A stretch of 63,356 nucleotides of DNA, filler included, from Phoronis australis (lineage: Eukaryota > Animalia > Phoronida): NCBI GenBank assembly GCA_002633005.1. It is 7 parts of 7 records of this genome, joined end to end, with 100 filler letters (N's around TTAATTAATTAA, not from the genome) between each part and the next. Parts side by side here need not be neighbours in the genome. Positions count along the whole stretch, not along the records: positions 1 to 18,168 come from NMRA01000747.1; 6 more parts are not named here. One strand, written 5' to 3'. This document shows positions 1-13,699 of the stretch, in pieces. Under the pieces are notes generated by a model. That model saw only the letters and a list, made by a program, of their open reading frames with translations, was not told where the DNA came from and searched no databases. A program made the position numbers and the translations under genes. Position 1 is the first letter of the stretch; the number at the start of each line of letters is the position of its first letter.

Positions 1-1370
1 CCTTTGCGCGCCATCCGTTCAACTAAAATAAACAAAAAGAACATTTATACAGTCATGTTACTATTGGTCAACTGCATGCCCTTACTTCGTACAATGAATC
101 TAAGCTGCGCATCTCATGTGACAGCAGCTTTCCTTGATGATGACAGACGAGTGCAAAAGCGTGTCTAACCGCAAAGAGCGTTCAGTCGATTGTATGCCTC
201 GAATGTAACCTACTTACGTCACGATTTAGATCACGGGACGAAAACCACCGACAGCGAATAACAATACCACGTCTCTGTTGGCGGTGACGACTGTGACATT
301 CAAAGGAGGTACCCATCAAAGAAAGCATGATGACAACCCGTGGAGGATTTTTATGAGTTGCTGGTATCAGCCAATTGATTTCATTCGTGCAACAATTCAC
401 TGACGAGTGGACTAGAGTGGTATGGTGTTGTGGCAGTCAACTCCATTCAAAGTTGTTTCACTAACAATATTGACGAACAACTCCATGTGATACCTGAAAG
501 CAACACGTGACCTGTGCCTGGAACACGGAATAGGTGCGTTGGCGTTGACGGAAAGGTTGTGATGAATTTGATGTCAACCAGCAAATGTTCCATGTCAGAG
601 TAAATATTTAAAAAGGGACATAAGAAGCAGGGGTGGGGCATATGCTTCCCTAAAGTTTTCAGGCGTCATAATTAGTTCGTGTTAACTTGTATAGGCGTGA
701 ACTACCAGGGATAGCGGAGAAAAGCAAGAGAGGGAAACAAACGGAAGAGAAAATTGAATGAAACGTTTGTCAACTACCATTGCTTGATTTACCCTTTAAG
801 AGCACTAGCAAGGACATCATTGTTAGAGTGTCCCATTGTTTGCAGCACAGATAGCATAAAAGCACTTTACATTTGCACTTGGTAATTCGTGCAAGTATTT
901 CAAAAATTCGATAAACTGTTTAAGGCGCAGCTTTTACGCATAACGTTAATTCATTGTTTTTTCAGTTAAATTCGATGCAAAACTATATTTTCAAGTCCCC
1001 CGTTACGTCAGTGTATTTCTTCCTTTTTTGTCGAAAAAAAATTAAAGTCATTACTTAAAGGTTGATAACCAAACAGATAGCCCCAATAGCTGTTCATTTT
1101 CTGTTTATTGGAGTAATAAACCTTTTCGTATTGAGAGATCTGTCGTGGCCATCCACGCAGTCACCCATTTTGTGTTTTTTCTGAAAAAAATTACTGCTCA
1201 CGGAGATAAGTCACCCTGATGGAATTGATTACTTCTGTACTCCGTTTTTTTTTAAATCACACAGCTTCTTGTTACAGAATGTCACTTCTTAGAAGGTCGC
1301 TCAATGATAGAATTAACCTTCAATTTTGCATATGTCAATCAGATTGTGAGAGGTCCAATTTTGATGACCG

Positions 1371-2090
1371 TGCACAGTCACGGGTGAGAAACAACATGAC
1401 CGCCGGTCCTCCAAAACGGACCGACTCGCCACAATTCAGGATCTACGGGGATCAAATGGGACCGCGCCGCAGAAAATGGGACCGACTCACCTAAAACATG
1501 ACCGCTCCACCAAAAAAACAGGACCACCGGAGATAGAACATGATACCCGGGGATTATTTTTTGACTGCAATGACAGGCAGGCTAAGTTTTAATTTGACAG
1601 CGTAGGCCTACGTGCAGGTTTTATGCACCTTATGAATCGAGCGCGACAGATTTTTCTTTGTTACAAAAGGCAAAAAATTATGCAAGAAAATGACGTTCAT
1701 TGAATTGTTTTTCACTCAAACGGCTACAACGGGCAAGGTGAGTGTCGGTTGATTCCCAGATTTTGCACGTACCTCCGCCGGTCGTTAGTTCTGCAGGTGG
1801 CTAGCAGAACCACCCGGGCTGTGTTAAATTTCGGGGTCTGGAGGGTCTTAACGCACGGCTACCAGGCTGTATTTTGGAGATAGTCTTTATACAGCTAGCT
1901 GGCGGGTTACATCAAACCCCGCAGTATCATTGATAACTTGTTTTTAGGTAAGTCCGTTCCATTCTCTGATGCGACAGTCTCATCTGATCCCCGTAGGTCC
2001 TATTTTGTGGTGAGTCAGTCTGATTTGGAGGACTTGCCGTGATGTTTTGGGTGCAGCGGTCATGTTGTTTCTTACCCGTGACAGTGAGCA
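1371..2090. repeat. Diverged inverted repeat pair (arms ~1371-1497 and ~1940-2090), foldback/MITE-like
   Basis: Plus-strand GTCACGGGTGAGAAACAACATGACCGC...CTACGGGGATCAAATGGGAC...CACCTAAAAC recurs as reverse complement at 1940-2090; ORFs 1219..1494 and 1927..2148 share PPxxTDSPQxRxYGDQM for this reason. Confidence 0.75.
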
Positions 2091-2214
2091 TGTCTGGATT
2101 AAGGTACTTAAAGTACTGTACAGTAAATGTTCTGACAGTCATAAACACATATTTCAGCGATTTTTCAGCTCGAGTTTAACTCCTAAATCGTAACAGCCAA
2201 CTTTAGGATGAACC

Positions 2215-2600
2215 AAAACGCGAATTAATTCCAAAAATTTCTGGGCGAAATCCCAAACGTCGTGGGATGCCGTGTCCTCCATGTTTCCCCTGTTGCCGGT
2301 CAAAAATCTGCGAGCACACCTTCGAATATTGGTTTAATATTCTGTTTTGATAAACAACGAATTCGTTGGTTTCTTGTTGGCATGCGCGTTTATTCCACGA
2401 CTATCGACTGACTCGTAGATTAGTTTTGGCAGTTAGAAGCTCGTCTTTTAAGAGTTTTGTAAGAATGCATGACGCTTAATTCAATTAACTTAAATGCAAG
2501 CTGAAATTGGAAAGATCTCAATCATCCACTTCCCAGAATTAAGAAGTATACCAGTCGATTTTTCAAATCTAGAATCTTTCTCAAAGATATTGACGCAATT
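2215..2600 (+). repeat. Dispersed interspersed repeat; related copies at ~14535-14700 and ~43905-44220
   Basis: Shared blocks such as GTGGGATGCC..CTCC(C)ATRTTTC and ATATTCTGTTTYGATRAACAACGAATTYGTT(G/A)GTTTCT. Confidence 0.65.
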
Positions 2601-4469
2601 CGGATATTCATTCAGGGCGTCATAAAATGTACTCATGCATTGTTTATTTGCTTAGAGACGAGACTGGTGGTGACGCTGACATCGAAACATCTGTTTCAAA
2701 AACAAAGCGAAAGGGCAAATGAACAGCAAAAATACACTGTAAGCGAAAGAGGTACTAAAATATATGGAAAGCTTCCTCTTGTCATGTTGTACGGTGATTG
2801 CCAAGGTAAAGAGATTTTTGGAGCTGTTTTTTTATTTTTTGGTTAACTCTCGAAGGCTATCTCAAATACAGAGCATTGAACGCATAGGCAACGTCTGAAT
2901 TAGTATAGGTCTGTGTAGCAAGTGGTTCCTGCCACTACAAGAAACGGACACTGCAATGCAACGATTGATCTACATTTCAACGTCTTCCTACATGGTACAT
3001 GTGCTAACGGCGAGCTATTATTGCCCGCTGCACAGGTAACACTGCTGTTCAATTGACACTATGGCGTGGCATTTTCGCAAGACCAGAACCATTTCTAGGG
3101 TCCGTTTGAAAATAAAGACTTGTAATTTACTCTCCAATTTCATATCTGCTGGGAATGGATTAGTCTTGTAATTACGGTCACATCACGTACTTTTAAATAA
3201 GGTTTAGAAATTACCCCCAGCATCTTGTGTATGATTTCTGAGAGACCGTTAGGAGAGTTTTTCTCGAGTGAGTTTTGATTATTGGGGACAAGTATATCAG
3301 CACAAGAGTAATATATATTTTAAATTGTATTGGTAATTTCAGTCACGGCTCTACAATTAATCATTTTACAAAAGATACCAGATGGGTGTCTTAATTACAA
3401 GAGATAACATAAGGATTTAAAATACCCAATATTTAACTGAGTATCGCATACAAAGTGGCACAAGTTTCTGTAGTACCAAGTGGATATATAATACTAAAAT
3501 GGGTATTGGCCGCCTGCCTACTAAGTGGGTCGAGGAAAACGGAATACTCAATAATAAATACCAAATGGATACAAACTGACGAATGGGAAAATATCATATA
3601 AAGTACCAAGTGGATACACCAAACATCCAACTGGGCTATAACAACCTTGGAAAGCAGATTCCGGACAAGCTGAATGAGCAGACCAAGTAGAGTGATAAAA
3701 AGAGATCTTGTAATGAACGTAGTGTTGTGGCTCATTTTGTGCCCATTGTCCTGAGAGATGTGACCGGGATAGATTAACGAAATCTGCGGTGATGGAAACT
3801 CGAGCGAAGTTCTGGTCACAAGCCAATGGAGTCTTATCTTACTTGACGGCAGCACACTTTGGGCCTGAAGGAGGTACCAGCAGTGGCTGTAATAAAAGCA
3901 ATAACCAGCACCAGATTTTTTTACAACATAGGGTAGGGTGGGTGGGATAGTTATAAAACTGTTTAATTGGGAAAAACTTTCGAGTAAATATATTGTTCGT
4001 CGACGCTGGGTCAATCGGAAGCTAGAGAGAAAGAACAACCGGAAATAAATATTAATTGTATGTGAAGCTTCAAGGGTTGCAAAATAGTATTTACTCAAAT
4101 AATATGATTTATGTCAGAGTGCCATCAATCTCATTTTTGGGAACAAATAAAACAACACAGAGACAATGTATATATTAGGTTGTTTTGAGAATTTCAGGGC
4201 CATGGCTTTCGCAATTAATTATATTACAGAAGGTACCAGATGGGTTCCTTAATTACAAATTTGACGTACTATAACATCAATATAGAATGGTCGCATTCTT
4301 AGAAAAATATCGCATGTAGAAATAACCTGACAAGATCTAACTTCGTAAGATAGTACAGGCTAGTGTTGAGTTACGAAGTAAATGTACACGCATTTGGAGG
4401 TTGGACCCTTTTTTAGCTACTGCCACCTAGTGAAATCCCCTTTTTACAATTAAAATGTGTTATACGTAC

Positions 4470-4594
4470 TGTGTTAGGCAGTCTATTTGCATTGGAACGA
4501 AGTCTTTAAACATGTTGTCTACGTCAGAATGGTTCGGCTCTCGGCCGTACACGTCTTTCCGTTTGGTTATCACTGAAGGCAGTTCTGTGATGGC
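4470..4594 (-). CDS. phnX: Phosphonoacetaldehyde hydrolase-like, coding exon 2 (AITELPSVITKRKDVYGREPNHSDVDNMFKDFVPMQIDCLT)
   Basis: Resembles the phosphonatase cap region (W...GR.P...DVD.M+..F.P.Q); TTCCAG acceptor in phase 0 with exon 1; GTACGT donor (alternative donor 4 nt further). Later exons not found in the window. Confidence 0.85.
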
Positions 4595-6127
4595 CTGGAA
4601 ATATTTGCACAGGTTGTAGGGATCGATATGATGTCGTCGAGCCGGATCACTCCTCTCCGTACTAGAAAGCCATGCGCTTTGATCACTCACCAGCCACCAA
4701 ATTCTTCAGTTCACAGAATGGTATGAAACGACTTGGTGTTTAAATGTCGAAGTACCAACTCTGCAGACAGACAGGCAGACCCAAGTTACAAAAAGGGACA
4801 TATTAGGGATACCTGACAAACCCCAATCTTGCGTACGAAAACCACGAGTATTCATGTTCAAGATTCTCAGTCCCTTTTTACGAAAAAACTCACCCACCTT
4901 TACACAAGAAGGTGTTTTGTGCAATGGGCCCATCCACGAGGCCTGCGCACGTCTGATGCACCGCATATGACATCAGGACACCTGCACTGTTTTTTTACAC
5001 AATAAACCCGCCATCATTTCACAGTGTAAAGGCATTTTAATCAGTCTTATCATCATGTAGAGTGGTTGTCAACAAGACGAAGATTTGGGTAACTGGAATC
5101 GAGATAATTATTTGTGACCTTGGGTCACGACCCTCAACTTTAGTGTTAGATAACATTATTGTTTTGCAGTACTGCGGACACTGATTCCGAATGCCTTGTT
5201 CACATTCTGCTCTGAGACTTCACCAGTTCCATCGGGTAAATCACACACAGCCTACTCTTGGCGCGTCCACGTACAAAGATCCGATAATTCACTGGAGTAA
5301 GGCGTAAAAGTTGCTCCGTTTATGACAATAAACAACTGATGAGAATCTGTTATGTGACCGAAGCTGATAATTACTTCCACAGGATTGCTGTCACACTGCA
5401 ATTAGAAGTGGCGAAAATTAGTCTAGAAAATGGGTAATACCCTTCCCCAGTAAAGGTGGAGCACTTAAAAGTTGTCACAAGTGGGGCAAGTTGTACTGGT
5501 TTAAATAGAGTTCACACAACCCCAACCTAGCCACAAGTCGTTCCAGGAGTAATTTGCTCAAGGGTAAGTCTCTGTGTGGACGGCGCTTTATTGTCATGTA
5601 CGATTGGTCTGTAAGCCGGAACTTATTATTGAAAAACACTCTTTACCCGGTTGACTCGGCGAAACCGGTGAAGTCAATCAAAATCAGCCAATCTGTGGAA
5701 ACTGATCACAGAAGAGAACGTGATAGCGCAATTTGAAAAACGCACACAAACTCCCCAATTTATACACCGTGGCCATTTTGCGTGAAAACCTCTGAAATAA
5801 TCAGTGACAGACACTGACCCTATTAACGAAGTTGGAGCCTACACATGAACATATTTGAAAAAAAATCTGTTGTAACTCGATCATGTTTGAGATTTGTTCG
5901 AAATTTTTAATCCGAAACAGAAGGCAAAAAATACATTTATGCTTTGCTCTAGTTTAGAGGGAGATTTCTCTCCCCCTCGGCCTGTTCACGCAATGGCAGA
6001 AAATTTCAACAAGACGTTGTGACTGCTTATTTAAAACGACTATAACTTATAGGAACGCGGGTTGAAGCGATAGTTTAAATGCACCTCAAGCAGAAAGCTT
6101 ATTGTCTCTACGCTGCAACATAGTTAC

Positions 6128-6328
6128 CTTTATGTGCAAGTCTTTCCTCAGTCCCATTGGCAAACGTGCTTCCTCCATTGTTATTTCAACTCCATGTTTC
6201 TTGAATACGTCATAAAACACTATGGCCGGCGCGATCACATATTTGTCGGCAGTAGTTCCGCTCGAGTCGAGAATACAAGCCTTAACGCTCACAGCGTAGC
6301 GGCTGGCCACCTTCAAATTTCGCAGCAT
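6128..6328 (-). CDS. phnX: Phosphonoacetaldehyde hydrolase-like (HAD superfamily), first coding exon, 67 aa
   Basis: VKACILDSSGTTAD (HAD motif I, cf. DWAGT), AP...F..VF...GVEITMEEARLPMGLRKDLHIK with the Schiff-base Lys and following His; AAG|GTAACT donor; in-frame TAA just upstream of the ATG. Confidence 0.9.
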
Positions 6329-8177
6329 GTGCCCTATTTAGACCTGCCGTAAGAGAAACTCCGAATGACGCGACATTTTCCCGTTTTGTCGACAATTTTA
6401 ACTTCATTTTTTCGAGGTTGCACCAGGAGAGGGTGGGGATGGGGGTGCACACACAGATACATACGTCCCACCTTGTGAACATAGAAAAAACTGACTCTTT
6501 ATATTAATTAATATTTGCAATCATTGAAATATCTCGTATATTATTCATCAGTACTGCAGCAAATTATCAACAGGTGTAACGGGGCAAAAACGCTCACCAA
6601 GCCAACACTCAACCATTGCTCCAACCCTCCAGGGCCGTCACTGCACAGAATTAATGGCATACAATAAATAACAATCTCTATTGATACTTGACCGTGAGAC
6701 TTCGTACCTAAAGTGCCAGCATGGGGTCGTAGGAAGAGCGGCGAGTATCGGACTGGGCTCACCCATAAATTTGCAGTGCCAGTGAACTGAGAAACCAAGA
6801 TGGACATCGGTGGGAATTGTAAGTTTTACGACTGACGCAACTGATGAAGGAGTTATGGAGGGGGCGGGGGAGAGATAATGGTGGTAACCTGGGCAACTAG
6901 CTATCAGTAACTGGACAAGATTGATCCACACCTGTGTCCCTGTTTGTTATTGGCCACTGAGACTCATGGTTTACTATACGTTACCTTTAGCGGGATACAC
7001 CGGCGGTTCAAAAACGGACAACTAAAGTAAGATGAAATAAGAATGAGGCGGTTTATTAGAAGGGGCACCAAACCCGGTTTTGGTTTATTAACAAAAATAA
7101 AAATACCTTTCTCCTCCAGTTTTCTAAATAGAAATGAGTAATTCAAAATAAAACCTAAGGACTGGTATCAAAATCAAGAGACAAATGTCAAAATAATGAC
7201 GATAAATGCATTTAACTAGTTAAATTTAACAAATCGACCGTTACTGACGACATTCCGTGGATCCCCTCAAATACTATAGTTCGCCAAGGGCGTAATTTAC
7301 GAGAAAGCCGAAGCAGAAGAAGTAGGCAATTTATTAAGGGGGAGGGACAAACCTTTCGTGAATACTTAAACTGTAAATCAGAAACCATTTGCCGTCGTTT
7401 ATAGAATCAATTACTGAATATTATGAGCAATTCCCGAAGACATGATCGCAGATTCTTGACGGATAACCGGATGAACATGGGATTTAGGGTATCCCAGGGT
7501 ATTGAGGGCACCCTCCATGAAATTTTCTAAATTTATTGGTGTAAACCACGTGTATTTTGATACATTCTAGAGGTAGGTATTACAGTTTATGGGTTAAGCT
7601 TGAAGGCCATAAATAATGTTTATGATTGGCAGTTCCTGAATCCATTAGACATGTATATGTGCACGGTAAGCAAAAATCGTAAACACCCTAACAGTTTCTT
7701 CGACACGTGTGAGTTTCTTGCAAACAACTCCCAGTAATGATTTTCAATATTTCACGGCAGATTTGGTCACGCAAAAATAAAACAAGTTATTGACTTTATT
7801 CTGACTTTTATTGGTTGGCGAACTGCGAACAAAATGATAATACCAAATACAATTCCCGTACATTGATGCTGAAGATCGCTTGCTAAAGTCATTCCCTTCA
7901 GTAAAAGACTTTTTACAAGGACATAATAAATATTATACAAAAAAACTAAACGCTTTATCTTTACTTTTTACGACAGTCCAAAAGTTATATACAAAGAAAG
8001 TCAAACTCACGTCGATATGATCCCTACACAACTTCCAAAACCAGTTGAAGTCCCATGATATGACTTGACACCTCAATATACCGAGATAAAATCGGCTTTC
8101 AAATTTCACACCAGATCTTTAATTTCAATACACGCCATCTTACGGTCGTACATGTACAGAAAACTAATATGATCAAA

Positions 8178-8241
8178 ACACACACACACGCACGCACACA
8201 CACACACACACACACGCACGCACGCACGCACACACACACAC
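8178..8241. repeat. (CA)n/(CACG)n microsatellite
   Basis: Directly visible. Confidence 0.95.
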
Positions 8242-8247
8242 TCAGTA

Positions 8248-9276
8248 AATCTGCAGTAACATGCTATTCTTATGATACTGTGGGAAAAGTATCCGCATGT
8301 TATCGTTACAAAACCTTTGGGCAAATTGCTTTTGTTTAAATCACAAGATAGTTCTTAAAACTTTTGATGGCAATCTGTTCTATTGTATTTTTCAGTATAA
8401 TCATTTTTGGTTGTTTGGTCTGAACGTCTTGACATTGCTGTGCTTTACACGGAATTGATTTATGTTTTTCGTTAAATTTGGAATTTTATCTTCTTCCTTC
8501 GTAAACGGTTGACGGTGCCGCATTTACAGAGGGGTAAAGGGGAAATTTCGGCGGGTCACCCTTGCGAGAGGGGATCAAAGAGTCTCCTTCACATGGAAGG
8601 CCCAAATATCATTAAAAATAGAAAAGAATGACAGTCAATTCCATCATCGTGTGACCATCCACAAGGAGCGACCTTCCTTAACATACAGCGTTGTTCAATT
8701 TCACACAAACAAGAAAACAATGGCAATTGAATCCATCATTGGGACTAACCTCCAAAGAAGTNAATTTGCAGTAACAAGCTATTCTTATGATACTGTGGGA
8801 AAAGTATCCACATGTTACCGTTACAAAACCTTTGGGAAAATTGCTTTTGTTTAAATCACAAGATAGTTCTTAAAACTTTTGATGGCGATCTGTTCTATTG
8901 TATTTTTCAGTATAATCATTTTTGGTTGTTTGGTCTGAACGTCTTGACATTGCTATGCTTTACACGGAATTGATTTATGTTTTTCGTTAAATTTGGAATT
9001 TTATCTTCTTCCTTCGTAAACGGTTGACGGTGCCGCATTTACAGAGGGGTAAAGGGGAAATTTCGGCGGGCCACCCTTGCGAGAGGGGATCCAAGAGTCT
9101 CCTTCACATGGAAGGCCCAAATATCATTAAAAATAGAAAAGAATGACAGTCAATTCCATCATCGTGTGACCATCCACAAGGAGCGACCTTCCTTAACATA
9201 CAGCGTTGTTCAATTTCACACAAACAAGAAAACAATGGCAATTGAATCCATCATTGGGACTAACCTCCAAAGAAGT
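8248..9276. repeat. ~514-bp near-identical direct duplication (8248-8761 / 8763-9276) joined at a single N
   Basis: Copies differ by a few substitutions; N at 8762 sits at the junction; probably unmerged haplotypes or contig overlap. Confidence 0.9.
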
Positions 9277-9827
9277 AATCGATAAAAACATGAAGAGGCC
9301 CTCTCCAAGGGCTGGGCCCCTAAATGTGCAAGGATCTATAATTTCAAAAACAGGAAATGAGCAGCAATTGGTGAAATCCTTCAGGTTCTCAAATTTTTAT
9401 CAAATAACATACAATTTTTTGAGGAAAGAAAACGAAAAAAAAGAACGCGACAGATGACTCCAGCAGGATAAATAAAATTTTGCATTCCCTACTATTTTCT
9501 TGAAGTTTAAACTCGGAAAATTCGTTATATTTAAATCGACCTCTCAATTTATTTATTTATTCATTTATTAATGTACTATTTACAATGAGGGTAGCCCCAT
9601 CAGTTCACACTGCTTTCCATGGGGGCTCTCAGAAATAACAATAGATAAGGTCCTAAAATGGAAAATCAAACACTGCTTTGACAAATATTCTCTTGAATGT
9701 TCTCTAAAATCCTTGTTTCTCTGTCTTTCTTTTCTCAACTGACCTCGGCCCCTCGCCTATGCCAGTTGCTACGATTTAATCATGACACCTGCACTGTGTC
9801 GGGAGGCACACTTTTGTGCAGTGCTCG

Positions 9828-9900
9828 ACTGTCTGCCAGGATTTGAACCCGAATCTTACAAGCGGAATTCTGAAGCTCAAAGCACTGCGCCACACCGTGT
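9828..9900 (-). mobile_element. tRNA-derived SINE-like head
   Basis: Pol III A-box-like TGGCGCAGTGC and B box GGTTCAAATCC at tRNA-like spacing, without a convincing cloverleaf. Confidence 0.5.
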
Positions 9901-11403
9901 TCTCTGATGAAACGAAGCCATCCTGTTTTCTTCTGAAAATGCCGCATCTGGCTACAAGTAGAGATAACCTGTCCGCTTCTATCCGATAGTACACGCTACT
10001 GTTGGCTTACAAAGTAATTGTCACTGATGGGTGTTGACAATAGGTGTACGTATTTTAATACATGTAAAACATGGCCTGTAATGATCTCTGCACAAGGGGC
10101 GGGGCTCAAGTACATAAGCACCGACCACCTGTGTAAATTCACCAACGCCATTTCCCTTAAGATTTATTGAAGGCGTTGGCCATAACGGAGATATTTTAAC
10201 CCTACGGTTGTCAGTGTAAATTTTGGTGGTATGCAAATTTCCTGCCCTAAGTTTTGATTGCAAAAGTCTTTGGAGGAATATTTCAGTCATCAATTTTTGA
10301 TAAATTTATAATCCCGTCTTGTCAAATTATCTAAAAGTAAGCATAGGTATAGGAGTATGAAGACTAGATTTCAGAAACATCAAAAAATGGGTTATGAGCC
10401 TTCCATTCACATACGTAATATTAAAACAATGTTTTTCTTCAGCCACATTACATGGGCACTTGGAATCATAAGTGCCGACCTATTTATTTGCTTAGCTTTT
10501 CTCGAGAAGCATTTGATTTCCTTGGAGGTTCTTACCTTTAGACTGATATGAAATGTACCTGATATACCATTTCGTGACCGGAGGACGACACCAGTACAAC
10601 CTCCAACCGATCGACACCAGTGTCGACAGCAGTTCCAAATCTCTGGTCGTTGCAAAGCTGGTCGCCACAATGAAGTTTTTCATTACCTGTTTCGTTTTTG
10701 TGTATGAGGAGAGGAATGGGACATGCACCTAAATGTATGCACCGAGAAACGTTCCGCCAATGCATCCGTACGGTGCTGACTTCTATTGCCTAAAAATGAA
10801 CTAGTGCAGCTGCAGATTGGTCGCATCATTTACTACACCAAGGTTAATGGTGGACTGTATTGGCTTGTCAATGTATTAGCCAAATGTCTACAAAACTGTA
10901 GAATTCAAGTTCGTAAAAGCACACAATTTCTCTGAAAGTAGAAAATCCTGTAAAATATGCTTTTGACTTTATACCAATATGCACTAATTGGATCACGTGA
11001 CCATGTGTTAGCACAAAAGAAATGTATGTCCGCAGCAAAACAAGGGTATTGATAACATGAACGAATTTTGTGTCATGTAATTGCACTAGATGAAAAATAT
11101 GGAGGTAGACGAATGGAACACAATAGATAGCCTTCATAAGACAAACTGTTAGAAGGGATTATCAGTATGAAGCGAGGATTATAAAAGGACAAATCTCTCA
11201 TGTAGATCGCCTCATCAATCCATCTATATATTTTGGTAAAAGTAGATTGAAGTCGTTTGAGTATTATCAAACTTATTGAAAACATGTTTTGTAAGAGCAG
11301 GACTCTTATTTTACCAAAATACTCAGTGGAGACTGACATCGACAGACTGTGCCGACAACACTCTCCAAGTCTAACTTACTAGACAATGACGTTACAGGCT
11401 ACT

Positions 11404-11643
11404 TACAGGCGAATCTACGGGGGGGGGGGTTGGTTCAGGGGGTTAAAACCCCCATCGGGACAGGATCAAAAGTGAAATTGAAAAAAAAAAATCGCCAGAA
11501 AAACGTAATCACCTTCGAAAAACCACAAAAAGATCTTACACGGGAGGGGGGAATCTCCTCCCGACCTTCCTTCCGCTCGGCGCAACGGGCCTCGGATTCT
11601 TTCGAATCCTATCCCCCTTACTGAAAGCGTAGATCTGGCACTG
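11404..11643 (+). mobile_element. Non-autonomous hAT-like MITE sharing both ends with the element at 28405-35102
   Basis: Left end CAGGCGAATCTACGGGGG..GTTCAGGGGGTTAAAA resembles 28405-28445; right end CCCCTTACTGAAAGCGTAGATCTGGCACTG resembles 35073-35102; GCTAC near both ends. Confidence 0.7.
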
Positions 11644-13699
11644 GCTACGATGTTGTACGTTTGAGATCAGCCGGGTTCAAACCAAAAACCACAGCTGTCG
11701 CACATTTTGCTTGTTAGAACTAAAAGCCAACGTAGGATGTAGCCGACTTTAAAACTGCTGGACCCGAGTTTTGGCGAATGAGCTCAGATTCAAATTAAAC
11801 AGAACTTTTCGTACATCGAAAACAAAATCGCTATCCTTGACCTAGGTACTAAAAAATCCCCAAAGCCGCGTGTCCATGCATTCTTTCAAAAAATTTATTG
11901 GAGTCTCCGGAAAAAATTGAAACGTACTGTCCATCAAATGTCAATGACCTCAACTTGAACTCGGTTGAGTGCACGATGATTGGATTTCGAATTGAAAGAA
12001 GGAATCTCCTAAACATTGAAAGGGAAAACGAAAAGCAAACTTTCGAAGTTTTTGAATAGCTAAGTTCACCAATTAAAAACAAAGAGTTATTGATATCAAC
12101 GATCCATCGTCGCCTTCTTTTTGCAATTTTGGGAAATATACAGGTCACGTGGCCGTGATCGTAAGACCACCTACCTTCATAAAAATATTAAATTCTGTAG
12201 ACATGTTTGTTGAAAAAAACAAAACTTTGTAAAAACTCGTAAGATCTTGTCTAGTTTCAATTTCAAACAATTCAAAACCAACAAAAAGTTAAAACAAGGA
12301 TTCATCGGTTTTCCCTAAGTAACAGTCATCGATTTCACTGATGTAAGTTCAAAAATCAACATTTTCCCCATAGCCCGTAGAGGGTAAAACACCGACCAAC
12401 TTCGCGACTATCTTCAACGCAGGCATGTTAAAAAATAAAAGAATACCATCAACAACACTCACTAATTTTATTAATTCTTTGCTCGACATAAACTCACTTT
12501 CTGATTATATTTTATTTCATACGCGGAAGCGACGTTGCTGAGATTTGCCAATAAAAACTGCATGATGATCGTAACGAGGCAATAAGAGTTTGTATTGGTT
12601 TGTCATCGATGCTGTCTCTCGCTGAACCAAAAAATTATGCGGAATGTAACTGACCGAGACGTAAATAAGGGATAATTACACGAGATCTGGTAAGACATCT
12701 GTCACATCCAAGACCCAACGTAGTTCGCCAGACCGCTCGATTTCCTGAAGAAACTCCTACTATCAAATGGTGTATTTGAAGTGTAACAGTCTTTCAAACT
12801 ATGGTTTTCAGAGGCTCGTTGAAATTTCTTTCATAGGACAATTCTTTAACGTCTGTTTTCAATGAAACAAAAGGATACAACAACAAAATTCTTGTTAGAG
12901 CTGGTTTCCTCAATGTCATCGCTATTTTCACGATTGTACAAATCGTACAGTTCCGACCACTCCCCTAAGTACGCATTCACAACTATTGATGTTTTTATTA
13001 GCCTGAAAGGTAAGCTCTCTTCAATCACTGACAGAAACAAGTAAGGGACAGTCCATATAAAAACCAGTAGATTTTCAAAATTCAGTCTACTCGTCAAAAT
13101 TCAAAGAAACTTCATATTTTGTACATGGATAGTTATCCTAACAAAAACTTAATTGCCAAATTTTGTGCACTCAATGACCCCTAATTGCCCCGCTCGAGCA
13201 TGAGACCACTAATTGGCACAATTAGAAATATCCCCAATTTCCAAAATTGCATGTTTTCAGCAACGAAAATAAGTAACTTACAAATTAGATGCAAAGCTGT
13301 ACTTTGGTGGCTGCAATAAATAACCTATATTGTGCAAAACTGTGTCATTTATTGAAGTCTGACAGCTTTGTGCTAGAAAGGGAGATAATTGACAGACCAC
13401 TTTTTGTGGCGAATTTTAGTGGTCGTTTTGTGACCTTCTGGCCGCATTATTGCACCTTGCAGTGTTGTGTAACTTTTAGAACATACAGTTGAAGAGTTAA
13501 TCTGGACCAAAATCGAGAAAATTTGTAAAGCGAAGCTTTTGCGGAGCGTACTAATTTACTGAATTTTTTGCGAATGCAAAACTTTACTTTTCTTTATGCA
13601 CCTCTCTGGCAAGGGATAACGGAGACAACTTTCGATTTATTTTTTTCTTGAAACTGTTTATTACTTGAGAAAAAAATGATCACCTGACAGATAACATCA

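Noticed and set aside
1-600. Further phnX exons, including an acceptor-like site near position 22
   Set aside because: Translations in compatible phases do not resemble the expected PG...G+.+GSTTG segment.
3433-4098. 221-aa ORF, the longest in the track
   Set aside because: Non-ATG start, no recognisable domain, overlaps repetitive AT-rich sequence.
4470-6328. phnX as bacterial contamination
   Set aside because: It is split by a phase-compatible GT-AG intron and embedded among eukaryotic repeats.
6329-6346. Aldolase-phosphonatase fusion by splicing into the 6343 acceptor
   Set aside because: An in-frame TAA lies between the acceptor and the phnX ATG.
10558-10686. Exon-like segment as threonine aldolase exon 5
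   Set aside because: No frame contains the HxDGAR or SKGL motifs.
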